DNA from: a virus
Lineage: Duplodnaviria; Caudoviricetes
IMG/VR virus record: IMGVR_UViG_3300047550_001096
Location: 1-61,162 of that record
DNA: 61,162 bases
Direction: 5' to 3' (one strand)
Part shown: piece after piece, positions 28,939 to 39,311 of the stretch
How the letters are laid out: each line of letters starts with the position of its first letter
Position numbering within the stretch: position 1 is the first letter of the stretch
Position numbers and translations under genes: made by a program
The notes under the pieces: generated by a model
What the model was told of the DNA's origin: nothing
What the model saw: the letters and a program-made list of their open reading frames with translations, nothing else
Databases searched by the model: none

Positions 28939-31900
28939 TATGACCTTATGCTCCTAATTCTTTGAGAGTCTGCATATTTAATTTCATCTATTACGGCCCT
29001 AGCAATTGATTGTGCATCAACTGAGGTTCCTGCAACATTTACTCCAACACTATAATTATACACGTTGTTGCTGCTGTTTGTTATAGGTGATGTATTTATA
29101 GCAGTATTTGATATAGTAGTTGGAGAAAGAGTAGAATATTTTGGTTCAACAAATGTAGTATTGGCCATTGGTAACTGTACCATTGTTCTTGGCTTCATAT
29201 CTTTTGCCATGGCGCTTACAGCTCCGCCAATGCCACCCTTACCTTTATCTAAACCTCTTACAACCTGTCCAAAATTATTTTTAAACGATGTTGGCATATT
29301 TCTATTTGTTGCTACTGATCCACCATCGCTGAAATTCTTAGAAAGTATTGATGGGAACTTACTATTATTAATAGCATTTAATAATGGATAAAATTCTTTA
29401 GATGCTGCTTTATTAATTACAAATTCCCCTGGAGTTAGCATTGCTGGGACGGTATCTGATCCAATTGGCTTATATGAAATTAATTTTCCATTATTATAAT
29501 ATGAAGCTTTACCACCATAATTAAAGTTCTTTATCTTTCCACCATACATACTTCCAGGGACAGCGCCAATTCCTGGTCCCTGATTTAAATACTTATATTC
29601 AACTTCTATTACGTGTCTAGTTGTTACAGTTGTATCCCATGATTGTATTTCTTTTGTAATTGCAGATACCGCTGCAAATGCGGCCTCTAATTCTCCAGCT
29701 AATGTTGCTACTATACCTTGAATTGTAGTGATAGTATTTGTAAATACACTACCCTGTGAAACCAGAGAAGTAAAGGCTTTGTCAGTTCTTTCTGTATCTG
29801 TTGCAATATTTTCTAATGGGGTTTCTAGGCCAGCTATTGCATCTTTGAATGCCTGCACTTGTGGGGTAAGGGTATCAAATAGGGCAGAAAGTTCTTGTAT
29901 TGTAGTTAATATTGTTTCTGCATCTTCTCTTATTAAATCCCAATTTTCTACAATTTCTTCTACATCTTCTCTAATCTCTTCAAAATAATCTCTAACAAAT
30001 CTCATTTTTTCTTCAAAAAACTTTATTTCTATGTTTAGTTCTTTAAACATTACAGTAATTGGCTTTTTGTCTCCAGTTAGCGATGCTGGCCGTTTAAACT
30101 CTTCTGGTCTTCCTTGTGGGAATCTTGCTTGTATTGTTTCTAAGAATTGAGCTTTTCTGTCAACGTTTGCATCGCTGCCTCCTGGCATAGCATTATATTC
30201 AGCCATTAATTTATCATATTCTGCAATTAAAGCCTTACGATCTTGTTGCATTTTATCTAGTTGTTTTTCATCTATTGGATCTAGTACTCCAGTATCAATA
30301 GCAACTTTTGCACTCATATTTAATAGCTGTACAGAGTCACTAACTTTCTTTAAAGCATCATCCATTGATAATACAGCAGCTGCTGTTTTCTTCAATGTCT
30401 GCTTATATTTGTCTAGCGCTATCTGTGCCTTTTCCCATTCAAGTTTTCTTTTCTCAATGGCATCAAGCTCTTTCTTCAAAAGATCTTCTTCTGCTTTCAA
30501 CCTGTCTTCTAAATCCTTTAATCTTTTTTCTGCATCAGCAAGTTCTTCTTTTCGTAGTCTATCTATCTCTACTTCATGTTCTCTTATTGCAAGAGTTGCT
30601 TGCTCTCTTAATTCTTGTCTACGATATAGGTCATCTTCAAGTTTAAGAATTTCTGCTTGATTAATCTTTCTTTGTTGCTCAAGATCAAATATCTTTTGGC
30701 TAATCTTAAATTGCTCTTCTTCAATCTGCCTTCTTGTCATACCGCTTGAAGAGCGAAGATTTTCAATTTCAGCTTTACGAGATGCAGCTAAAACATCTCC
30801 AGCTGTTCTTGATGCTGCATCTGCAGCTTGAGCCCTCATATCCTGTGCAAGCTTTGCAGCAGCAGAAATATCTCCCTGTGTTAATGCATCAGCCAATCCA
30901 ATTTGAGACTTCTGCTGATTAATAATATCCTGATTAATTTGTGATATTTTATTAAGAGCTTCTTCTTGTTTGTCATACTTTTCATTAATTGCTTCAGCAG
31001 CTTTATCCATTATTGCAAGATCATTTGAAAGAACAGACGATCTATCTTGTAATGCAGATATTGGTCTGTCAAACTGTTCTTCAATTACTCTTTGTGCATC
31101 ACTTATACGCTCTCTTAAGTCTTCAAGTACATAGTCTCCAAATTGTGGATCATATTTGATCTTAAGATTAATGTCATCAATCTTGTCTTGTTCAGCCTGA
31201 ATTTTTTCATTAATTCTATTGACAGCATCACGGGCACCTTCAATATCTATCTTTAGCTGGAATGTTCTAAGATCAAATGCATTCTGCAATTCTCTTGCTT
31301 GCAAGTCTAATGCAGCAAGGTTTTCATCAATTTGTTCTTGTAATAGATCTGTTTGTGATTTTGTTTTTTGAGCAACTACATCAAGAAGATCTAGGTATCT
31401 TTGTGTTTTACTAATAATATCATCAATGCCTTGACCAGTAACTACTGCATTTACAAAGTTTTGATTTTTTAATACTTCTAAAATGACCTTTTGCTCTACT
31501 TGTTTTTTAGCCAAAATATCATATGCTTCAACCTGTGATTCAAGATTATCAATTTGCTTATCTAAAGATACTAAAGATTCTTCAGACTTTAGTCTTATAG
31601 TCTTTAAAATTTCAGCATTGAGATCTTTTCTTTCCGATACTGAAATACTTAAAAATCCTTGGTCAGCAATCATTCCAGCCATAGTAGCGTCTGAAAGAAT
31701 TCTCTCTATTTCAAGCTGAGAATATTTAGCATCTTTTAATATCTTATAGGCTGTTACTTGATTTTGAATTTCTTTATTTTCTTGCTTAGTCCTATCAATT
31801 AACTCTCCAGCAGTAAGAGTTCTTAGGGCAGCATTAATTTTAAGGAAGTCATCTTTAAGACCAGTAATTCTTCCCTTTTTACCAAGGGTAAATAATTGTT

Positions 31901-34900
31901 TTGACCACAGATTAAACTGCTCTGGATCCATACCCTTTAGTATTCCAATAAAATCTTCATTTAATACAATACCTGCTTTTTTAGCTGCAGCCCTTATTTG
32001 ATCAATAGCCCCAGCTTGTTCTGCAAGCATTGGATTAACATTATCTTTTGTTCCATAAAACTTTCTAATTTCTGAAAGAGCCTTTGTTGCATCTAGACTG
32101 CTTTCTTTAACAAGTTTTAGTCTTTGTGCAATGTCTTCTAGCCAAGAAGTATCTCTCTTTGTTTTTCCTGCTCCACTATCGCTACCGTTTCCATTTTTCT
32201 CTGTTCCAGAAAGTGCAGTTCCAAAAATTTGAGTTAAAGCAGCTTCTTCGGCCTTTTTCTTTATGTCTGGATTTGCTGCTGCAAATGCATCAAGGGTAGA
32301 TTTTGTTACTCTTCTTGCTGTTGGATTTGTTTTTTTATAGGCTGCAGCAATCTCTCTTTGAACAATGGTATCAAACGACTCTGATGTTTTTAATGTAGAT
32401 AGAGTAATCATTGCTTGGAACTGTAATTGTTTAGGAAGCTTAGATAAAATATCCCATTGTTTAATAGCATTATCTAATGTAAGATTTGTTCCCTTACCAA
32501 TATCTTCTTGAACCTTTGTTAAAGCCTCCAGAGTAATTTGGCCATCTGGGAACTTTTTCTTTAAATCTCCAACTTCTTTACCAAGCTTCATTAATTTAGG
32601 AAGAGCATCTGGATTAGTTTCTAGATCAATACTAATTCCAATAAACTCTGGTATTTTAATTATTTCTTCTAATCCAGCTAGAGTTGCGTCTGCCTGTGCT
32701 TTATTTTTACTTGCTATATCAACAACTAGATCTTTTTTATTTTTTTCTCCAGGTATTAGAGTTAATACGGTGCTTAATCTTTGTAGTCCTTCTGTTCCTT
32801 GGGTTTTTACTATAGTATCTATTGTTTTCTTTGGTGGCATACCCGCTTTTGTTAGTGTAGAGAGAAGAACTGATGCTTCGTTTGGAGTTAAAACATCAGA
32901 TGTTACTAAAGTAGATATTTTAATAGTAAGTTTATCGTCTTTCATTTTATCAAGTGTATCTTGCAAAACTGATGCTTCTGCTGCAAGGCCAGCATTATCT
33001 TTAAACTTTTCTTTCATGCCGACTCTAAAGGCTTCCATATATTTATCACGAACAGCACCACGTCCAGATCCAAGTGGACTTATTCTTTCAAATAATGATT
33101 GTCCAGAAATTTTATCAAGATTTCCAGCTGCATCAGACAGCATCTTGGCTTGTGCCTGTCTAATATCTCTTAATCCGCCCTGTCTTTTTTCTTCTAGCCC
33201 TGCAATTTGATCATCTATATCTGATCTTTCTTTTTCAGTTTTTGCAATCTTTTTCTTCAATTCAAGATTATTAATAGCAGAATCAAATTGAGCGTTAAGC
33301 GCATCAATTCCTTGTTGTGATGCTGCTAAGTTTTGTGTAACAATTCCTTGTAGTTGTCCTGCTGCTTTTCCAACAGCAGCTTTTTCTTTACCCTTTTGCC
33401 AAGACCTTAAAGCAGCCTCAACACCACCAAAAATTATAGTTCCTAAAGCAGCACTTATTAAAGCTGGAACGCCTGCAACTCCGCCAGTTCCAACTGCTGC
33501 TGCAGCAGAGCCAGCCTGAATTGCAACTCTTGCTCCTTTAGCAACGTTTAATGCAGTTTTAAGTTTTCCAGCACCTGAAGCTGCTTTTAACTCTGTTGAT
33601 GCTGATAATGCGCTTTTAATACTTTGTGCTGTTTGCATTGCATTATATGATCTCATGCCAGCATATATTCCTAATCCAGCAGCTGGTATTGCAGCACCAC
33701 CAAGTTGTAATGCCTCTGAACGATTAATACCTCTTTGCTGCATGCCAACCATATTAAGATTCTTTATGGCTGCTTCCTGCATTCTTTGACCACTTGCAAT
33801 TAACTCTACCTGAACTTTAAGAGGATCATTAACAAGATTTTCTCCATTTGGACCAAGCAATTGTATTAATCTACCACGCACATCTAATTCTAGTCTTGCA
33901 TCTTTAAGATCTCTTGTAAGTGCAACTGCTATTGATTCTGCCTGTGCTGCATCTAATATTCCCTGAGATACTGCTGTAGCAAGTTGATTTGATAATGATT
34001 CTGCTGCTGTGCCTGCACCAAATGTTGACATTGTTTGATTAAAACTTGCTGCAAGAGATTTTCCAAAATCAGAATTACGAATTATATTTTGACCAAACTC
34101 CATACTAACTGGAGTTATTTCAGTAGTTCTTCCAGCTCTTTGTGCTGCTGCAACTTGTGTAATTGATACTTTTCCAGTTATTGATCCAAGCTCTTCAAGT
34201 CTCTTTGTTGTCATAGTCATAGACTCAGCTTGCTTTTGTCCTTCAACTATATTATTTTTAATAGTAGATGCTTGAGCTTTAAATACCGCAATAAGTCCAA
34301 CTGCGGTTGCAGCTAACATTTTTAATGGACTATTGAGCATAGGCAATAACATTGTTAACATAGAAATCATCATAATGAGATCCATGCTTTTTGCTATTGC
34401 ACTATCTGGGTTCTTTTGAGCATACATTCCAGCAGCCATGGGAGCTGCCATTCCAACCATTTGAAGTGGCATTGCTCTTTGTGTAAAATTCATTCTATTT
34501 AATTGACGCATATTGGTGCGCTCTGCTGGAGTAGCTAGTCTTTGTTGCCCAGTTGCTTCATCTGTTACTGTATTAGCAACTCCACCGTAACCACGAAGGA
34601 ATCCAGTAAATCCTCTTGTCTTATCTTTTCCTAAAGCCTCTGATGCATTATTTGCTGCAATATCTGTACCCTTAAATGAATTAGCAAGTTTTGTGGTAAC
34701 TTTTCTTAATGTACTCATTGAAGCTGCAGCAGCTTTAGTTTCTTTTTCAATACTAGATTTATTTGGTATAAATAATCCAGAGGGGGTTTGCCTATATCCA
34801 GCTGGATCATTTCCTTCAATAAAACCAGGAACTCTATCTGACATTATTGAACTAATTAATGGTGCATATTTAGCACTTTGTCTTGCTGGAATTACCGCTT

Positions 34901-37900
34901 CTCCTGGTGAAAGCATTGCAGGTTGAATATCTCCTGCACCTCTTGGACCAGGTACTGAAAGAATTCCACCTGCTAAACCAAGAATATCTTTGTCAACAAA
35001 TTTAAACTCATCATAATAAGTGTTTGGTTGTCTATTAACTCTATACCTTAGTGCTTCTCTTAATGCCAACTGAGAATCTGAAATATTTGTTAAGCTATCT
35101 AGTTGTCTTATAATTTGCAGTGCCTGTTGTGAATTAACTGGATGTGCTCCACTTACTCCATTAATAGATGTTCCTCTTAATCCTAAATTTAACCAGCTCC
35201 AGTCTCTTGCTATTTTTTCTTCTGTCCAAGAAGCCTTTCCTCTTTTTTTGCCAACTGGAGTAAGATGACTTGGGGTATCTTTTTTATCCCAGTTTAGCCT
35301 AGAAGATATTCCAGGGCGCAACCTTTCTAAGTTATTTTGAAGTATTGCTTTTTCTTCATTTTCATAATAACTCATAAGACGTATTGCATTAGGATTATTT
35401 CTACTTAAAATCTCTTTCCATCTTTTTTCTGCAACACTTTGTTTTCCAACTCTATTTTTAAGAGTGTCCCATTTTTGAAGTCTTCCATATATATCGCTAA
35501 GTCTGGTTATTTTTCTACCTTGAAGTTCTGGACTTCTAACTTTTAATAAATAGTATAACTTTCCTTCAGTTGTATTTTCCCAAGATTCACCTTTGCGTGT
35601 ACTAGTTCTTCCATGCTTTGCTGTTCTTGTTGGATCACCCATTGTTAAAAATCGTTCATTTTTTTGCAAAGCAATTTTTAAATCTTTTTTAGATGCTTTT
35701 GGAATTGAAAAAGAAACGTCTTTTAATTGAATTATTAAATCATCACCTTGTTCTCTATATAGTATATTTGATAAACCTTTTGCTTCTGTCCCAAATAATG
35801 ATTTAAATCCAGCAGCAGACCTTCCAGGCACTGATACTGGCAATAAAGGCGTCTTTCTTGATCCACCAGTTGCCTGCACCGTACTACGTGCAGCACCAAA
35901 CATTAAATCATCAAAATTAGTTGCAAATGATGTTCTTGCAAATGGATTTATACCAGTTGCAAATCCTGGCACCTTATCCTGAATAATTTGACTAATAAAT
36001 CCTGAATACTTTTGTGACTGTTTTGCTGGAATAACTGCTTCTCCAGGAGAAAGCATTGATGGCACAACATCTCCAGCTCCTCTTGGACCAGGAACTGATG
36101 TAGTTCCATCTGCAAACCTCTTTGGAGCTTTCCCTCTTCCAGGAAGGAATAGTCCTGGGTTATTAGCAGCGAATCCTCCCATTGCAACATTTGCTTGAGA
36201 ATATGTTCCGATCAAAGAACTAAGAGCTGCCTGCTCAAGTCTATATGCAGCAGAAAGTTGTTCATGCTTTGAATATAAAGCATTAGTAATAGATACGTTT
36301 TCTAATTCTTCCTGTGTTAGATATTGTGTTTTTAATGCAACGTCAGACGATCCATAAGCTAGCTGCTGGTATCCCTTACGAAGCATATTAACGCCCTTTA
36401 AGGAGTTAGCTACAGCGTTTGCTATTAAACCAAAAGTCATTAAGAAAATTGGACCAATACCGCCAACAACACCAATTATAATAGCAATAGCTTTTTTAAT
36501 ACCATCTGGCAAATTATTAAACTTCTCCGCTATTTTTCCAATATATTCTAGTACTGGAGTTAATATTTCAGCAAAAAGTTTTCCAATCGGAGCTATGGCA
36601 ACTTTTAATTTTTCAATTGATGCAGCAAGCTTATTCATTGGAGAATCTGCTTGAATTTTTAACTCTCGCTTACTCAAAATTGCAAGTTCTTCAGCAGATG
36701 CATTTGTTAGCTGCAAAACACGTGCAGCCTGCGTTCCTTCTTTTCCAATATTATTTAATAATGCAGAAATTCTAGCAAACTGATATTTTCCAAATATCTT
36801 TTCAATTATTTGTGTTCTTTGCAAATCTGTTAATGGTTGTAGTGATTTTGCAAAAGCTGTTACTATGTTTCTTAAATTACCCTGATTTTCTTGAATTATA
36901 CCCTTTAAGTTTATACCAAGATCTGATGCTGCAGCAGCTGCTGCTTTACTTGGATTAATTAATGATGCAAGTCCAGACTTTAGTGCGTTTGCACCTTGTG
37001 CAGCACTAATACCACCTTCTTGCATTGCAGCCATAAAATAAGCAAGATCTTTAACATCTCCACCAAGTTGTTGAATAACTGGTGCTACTCTTGGTACTGC
37101 TTCAGTTAAATCTTCTAGCGCTACAACTGTTTGGTTTTCTACTGCGTTTAAGAAATCAATAGTGCCAGATAGTTGACTCTCGTCAATCTGAAATGCATTT
37201 CGTAAAGCAATTGTTGTTTCAAGAGCTTTTTCTTGTGTTACTCCACCAAGTACTGCTAATTTGTTTGTTTGCTCTACAAGATTTTCAAGACCTTTGCCAC
37301 TAAAACCAGCAGCTGCTGCATCTGCAGCGGTCTTAATAGTATCTGCTACCTTTAATCCATATTTTGTATATTCATCACCAAGTTCACGAATATTTTTTAA
37401 TGCTTGATCAGTTGCCCCCTGATCTGTAAAAATATCTCCATAAACCTTTTTGAATCTAATTACTTGTGTTTCAATTTCTTTGAATGTTCTAATTGCCTGT
37501 GTTCCAAATATTGCTAATGGTATAGTAAAACCAACCATAAGCTGACGACCAGCCCATTGTGTATTTTTACCAAAATTTAAAAGTTTTGTTGCTCCATCAT
37601 CCATCAACTTATTAAATATTTGTTGACGTTGAGTTGCTAGCATTAATTGAGTTGTTACATCTCTATAATTTAATGCTTTTGGAGTAAATTTAAGTGCATT
37701 CATTGCACCCTGAGCATCACGGCCTAGCTGTACATATTGTTGCTGTAGAGTCTTTACTCTTTTATCTACTAACTTACTTACTGTGTCAAATTCATTACCA
37801 AATACCCTGCCAAAAGTACGAGTAGATGCAACACCATATCTAAAATATTCCTTAAGAGATAATTTTGATTTATCTAGAGCAGTAGCAAATTGTTCTGTTG

Positions 37901-38120
37901 CCGTCTTCATTCTAGTCATGGACGCTGTCCACTGACCAGTTGCGTTTACATTATGAAGTAGTGATTGTGCATACTTAGACTGAGCCTGAGTAGCAGTTTT
38001 TGTTCCAACAATAAGAGCACGGTTAAGGGCAGTAATTTCTTTTTCCAAGGCACGAAGTTGTGCCATAGCCTGAGACGTATCAATATTTATAAAAATATTG
38101 CTATTTGTATCTCCTGCCAT
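28938..38120 (-). CDS. Tail tape measure protein (3060 aa) with internal cargo domain
   Basis: TP901-type core (A+GANALKS.LASL.NP), hydrophobic segments, long coiled coils, three D.(V/Q)P.ML(S/T)PGE.VI motifs; follows the chaperone genes. Confidence 0.92.
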   Translation of the reverse strand: MAGDTNSNIFINIDTSQAMAQLRALEKEITALNRALIVGTKTATQAQSKYAQSLLHNVNATGQWTASMTRMKTATEQFATALDKSKLSLKEYFRYGVASTRTFGRVFGNEFDTVSKLVDKRVKTLQQQYVQLGRDAQGAMNALKFTPKALNYRDVTTQLMLATQRQQIFNKLMDDGATKLLNFGKNTQWAGRQLMVGFTIPLAIFGTQAIRTFKEIETQVIRFKKVYGDIFTDQGATDQALKNIRELGDEYTKYGLKVADTIKTAADAAAAGFSGKGLENLVEQTNKLAVLGGVTQEKALETTIALRNAFQIDESQLSGTIDFLNAVENQTVVALEDLTEAVPRVAPVIQQLGGDVKDLAYFMAAMQEGGISAAQGANALKSGLASLINPSKAAAAAASDLGINLKGIIQENQGNLRNIVTAFAKSLQPLTDLQRTQIIEKIFGKYQFARISALLNNIGKEGTQAARVLQLTNASAEELAILSKRELKIQADSPMNKLAASIEKLKVAIAPIGKLFAEILTPVLEYIGKIAEKFNNLPDGIKKAIAIIIGVVGGIGPIFLMTFGLIANAVANSLKGVNMLRKGYQQLAYGSSDVALKTQYLTQEELENVSITNALYSKHEQLSAAYRLEQAALSSLIGTYSQANVAMGGFAANNPGLFLPGRGKAPKRFADGTTSVPGPRGAGDVVPSMLSPGEAVIPAKQSQKYSGFISQIIQDKVPGFATGINPFARTSFATNFDDLMFGAARSTVQATGGSRKTPLLPVSVPGRSAAGFKSLFGTEAKGLSNILYREQGDDLIIQLKDVSFSIPKASKKDLKIALQKNERFLTMGDPTRTAKHGRTSTRKGESWENTTEGKLYYLLKVRSPELQGRKITRLSDIYGRLQKWDTLKNRVGKQSVAEKRWKEILSRNNPNAIRLMSYYENEEKAILQNNLERLRPGISSRLNWDKKDTPSHLTPVGKKRGKASWTEEKIARDWSWLNLGLRGTSINGVSGAHPVNSQQALQIIRQLDSLTNISDSQLALREALRYRVNRQPNTYYDEFKFVDKDILGLAGGILSVPGPRGAGDIQPAMLSPGEAVIPARQSAKYAPLISSIMSDRVPGFIEGNDPAGYRQTPSGLFIPNKSSIEKETKAAAASMSTLRKVTTKLANSFKGTDIAANNASEALGKDKTRGFTGFLRGYGGVANTVTDEATGQQRLATPAERTNMRQLNRMNFTQRAMPLQMVGMAAPMAAGMYAQKNPDSAIAKSMDLIMMISMLTMLLPMLNSPLKMLAATAVGLIAVFKAQASTIKNNIVEGQKQAESMTMTTKRLEELGSITGKVSITQVAAAQRAGRTTEITPVSMEFGQNIIRNSDFGKSLAASFNQTMSTFGAGTAAESLSNQLATAVSQGILDAAQAESIAVALTRDLKDARLELDVRGRLIQLLGPNGENLVNDPLKVQVELIASGQRMQEAAIKNLNMVGMQQRGINRSEALQLGGAAIPAAGLGIYAGMRSYNAMQTAQSIKSALSASTELKAASGAGKLKTALNVAKGARVAIQAGSAAAAVGTGGVAGVPALISAALGTIIFGGVEAALRSWQKGKEKAAVGKAAGQLQGIVTQNLAASQQGIDALNAQFDSAINNLELKKKIAKTEKERSDIDDQIAGLEEKRQGGLRDIRQAQAKMLSDAAGNLDKISGQSLFERISPLGSGRGAVRDKYMEAFRVGMKEKFKDNAGLAAEASVLQDTLDKMKDDKLTIKISTLVTSDVLTPNEASVLLSTLTKAGMPPKKTIDTIVKTQGTEGLQRLSTVLTLIPGEKNKKDLVVDIASKNKAQADATLAGLEEIIKIPEFIGISIDLETNPDALPKLMKLGKEVGDLKKKFPDGQITLEALTKVQEDIGKGTNLTLDNAIKQWDILSKLPKQLQFQAMITLSTLKTSESFDTIVQREIAAAYKKTNPTARRVTKSTLDAFAAANPDIKKKAEEAALTQIFGTALSGTEKNGNGSDSGAGKTKRDTSWLEDIAQRLKLVKESSLDATKALSEIRKFYGTKDNVNPMLAEQAGAIDQIRAAAKKAGIVLNEDFIGILKGMDPEQFNLWSKQLFTLGKKGRITGLKDDFLKINAALRTLTAGELIDRTKQENKEIQNQVTAYKILKDAKYSQLEIERILSDATMAGMIADQGFLSISVSERKDLNAEILKTIRLKSEESLVSLDKQIDNLESQVEAYDILAKKQVEQKVILEVLKNQNFVNAVVTGQGIDDIISKTQRYLDLLDVVAQKTKSQTDLLQEQIDENLAALDLQARELQNAFDLRTFQLKIDIEGARDAVNRINEKIQAEQDKIDDINLKIKYDPQFGDYVLEDLRERISDAQRVIEEQFDRPISALQDRSSVLSNDLAIMDKAAEAINEKYDKQEEALNKISQINQDIINQQKSQIGLADALTQGDISAAAKLAQDMRAQAADAASRTAGDVLAASRKAEIENLRSSSGMTRRQIEEEQFKISQKIFDLEQQRKINQAEILKLEDDLYRRQELREQATLAIREHEVEIDRLRKEELADAEKRLKDLEDRLKAEEDLLKKELDAIEKRKLEWEKAQIALDKYKQTLKKTAAAVLSMDDALKKVSDSVQLLNMSAKVAIDTGVLDPIDEKQLDKMQQDRKALIAEYDKLMAEYNAMPGGSDANVDRKAQFLETIQARFPQGRPEEFKRPASLTGDKKPITVMFKELNIEIKFFEEKMRFVRDYFEEIREDVEEIVENWDLIREDAETILTTIQELSALFDTLTPQVQAFKDAIAGLETPLENIATDTERTDKAFTSLVSQGSVFTNTITTIQGIVATLAGELEAAFAAVSAITKEIQSWDTTVTTRHVIEVEYKYLNQGPGIGAVPGSMYGGKIKNFNYGGKASYYNNGKLISYKPIGSDTVPAMLTPGEFVINKAASKEFYPLLNAINNSKFPSILSKNFSDGGSVATNRNMPTSFKNNFGQVVRGLDKGKGGIGGAVSAMAKDMKPRTMVQLPMANTTFVEPKYSTLSPTTISNTAINTSPITNSSNNVYNYSVGVNVAGTSVDAQSIARAVIDEIKYADSQRIRSIRS

Positions 38121-38145
38121 TAACCGTTACTCCTATATTAATTTA

Positions 38146-38472
38146 TTAGTCTTGTGACGCTAGAGCAAGAAGAGCTGATTCTGAAAGGTTAATTCCAGAT
38201 GCAGCCTCAATGATTGAATAAACTGTAGGAAGATCAATAAGTTCTTCTAGTTTTTCAACACTGTCCCCAAGCTCTGGCTTATACTGTTGCATTGCAATCT
38301 GAACACATTCAATCAAAAGCGTCATAGACTTGTCATTATCATCTTGGACTGCTGTTAGTCCTTCAAACTTCTTCATAAACTGACGAAGAAGAGAGATTTT
38401 TAGTGGTCTAACTTTGATTTTTGTGCCATCAATTAGAGAAATTTCTTTCTCTTCATGCACGGATGTAGCCAT
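38146..38472 (-). CDS. Tail assembly chaperone (short, gpG-like)
   Basis: Lies between the tail tube and tape measure genes; own TGCTATAAT and strong RBS AAGGAGGAG. Confidence 0.7.
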   Translation of the reverse strand: MATSVHEEKEISLIDGTKIKVRPLKISLLRQFMKKFEGLTAVQDDNDKSMTLLIECVQIAMQQYKPELGDSVEKLEELIDLPTVYSIIEAASGINLSESALLALASQD

Positions 38473-38515
38473 TACTCCTCCTTAATTAAGTTATGTCAAT
38501 TATAGCATAAAGGCT

Positions 38516-39244
38516 TTATTTTTTCATAAGGCTAGGATCTCTTAAATCTGTGTAATCTAAGCCCATTCCTATACCAAATCCAGATTTTCTTGCATTTTGT
38601 CCTTGAAGCGCCAGCACGTCATTGCTGTCTGTTGCCTTGCCTTTACTAAATACCCTGGCCTTCATATCTTCCCATTCTTTTTGACCTTTTACCTTACCGC
38701 CAGAGTTTGCCTTATCTGCATCTATATCAATACCCTGAATGGCTGCTAAAAATTTCTTTTCTTGATAATCTAGTTCTCTTAATGATGATAATGTTGCCAA
38801 TAATTCTGGCATAGAAAGATTTTCCTCTAGCTCTTTATAATCTTTCCATATGCCTATTAAAAATACTTCTGATTCTAATTTTGCTAAATCTAGGCTATCC
38901 CAATTACTTCCACCTTCTTTTGAGTTTGCCTGTTCTTTAATTGACTCTTCAGAATCTTTTTCTATTTTAATACTTCCTGCTATATTTACTATTTTATATA
39001 CCGTTGGCAAATCAACTTGATCTTCAAATTCTGCTAATGTTTTTATTTTAGGATAATATTGTTGCATAGCAAGAAATCCACACTTTGATAGCAATGTAAG
39101 AGATTCCTCATCATCTTTAGCATTTTTTATTTTATTAAATACCGTCATAAAATAACGCAAGTATTTAATTTTCAATGGATAGATTTCTATTCTTGTTCCA
39201 TTTAATAAATAAATAACATCTGTTTTATATACTGCCGTTGCCAT
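38516..39244 (-). CDS. Tail assembly chaperone (long, gpG-T-like)
   Basis: First ~100 aa are paralogous to 38146..38472; ~140-aa C-terminal extension. Confidence 0.7.
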   Translation of the reverse strand: MATAVYKTDVIYLLNGTRIEIYPLKIKYLRYFMTVFNKIKNAKDDEESLTLLSKCGFLAMQQYYPKIKTLAEFEDQVDLPTVYKIVNIAGSIKIEKDSEESIKEQANSKEGGSNWDSLDLAKLESEVFLIGIWKDYKELEENLSMPELLATLSSLRELDYQEKKFLAAIQGIDIDADKANSGGKVKGQKEWEDMKARVFSKGKATDSNDVLALQGQNARKSGFGIGMGLDYTDLRDPSLMKK

Positions 39245-39261
39245 TTTATCTATTCTATCAT

Positions 39262-39296
39262 AACAACAAAGCCCACCGCTAGGGTGGGCCTGTTGC
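39262..39296 (-). terminator. Intrinsic terminator after the major tail gene
   Basis: GGCCCACC-CUAGC-GGUGGGCU followed by UUGUUGUU. Confidence 0.75.
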
Positions 39297-39311
39297 TAAT
39301 CTAGTTAAAGA

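Noticed and set aside
38120-39244. Programmed -1 frameshift in the tail chaperone locus
   Set aside because: No overlapping T frame after the short gene (25 nt to the TMP start), the long gene is already fused in frame, and no canonical slippery heptamer was noticed at the junction (not exhaustively scanned).
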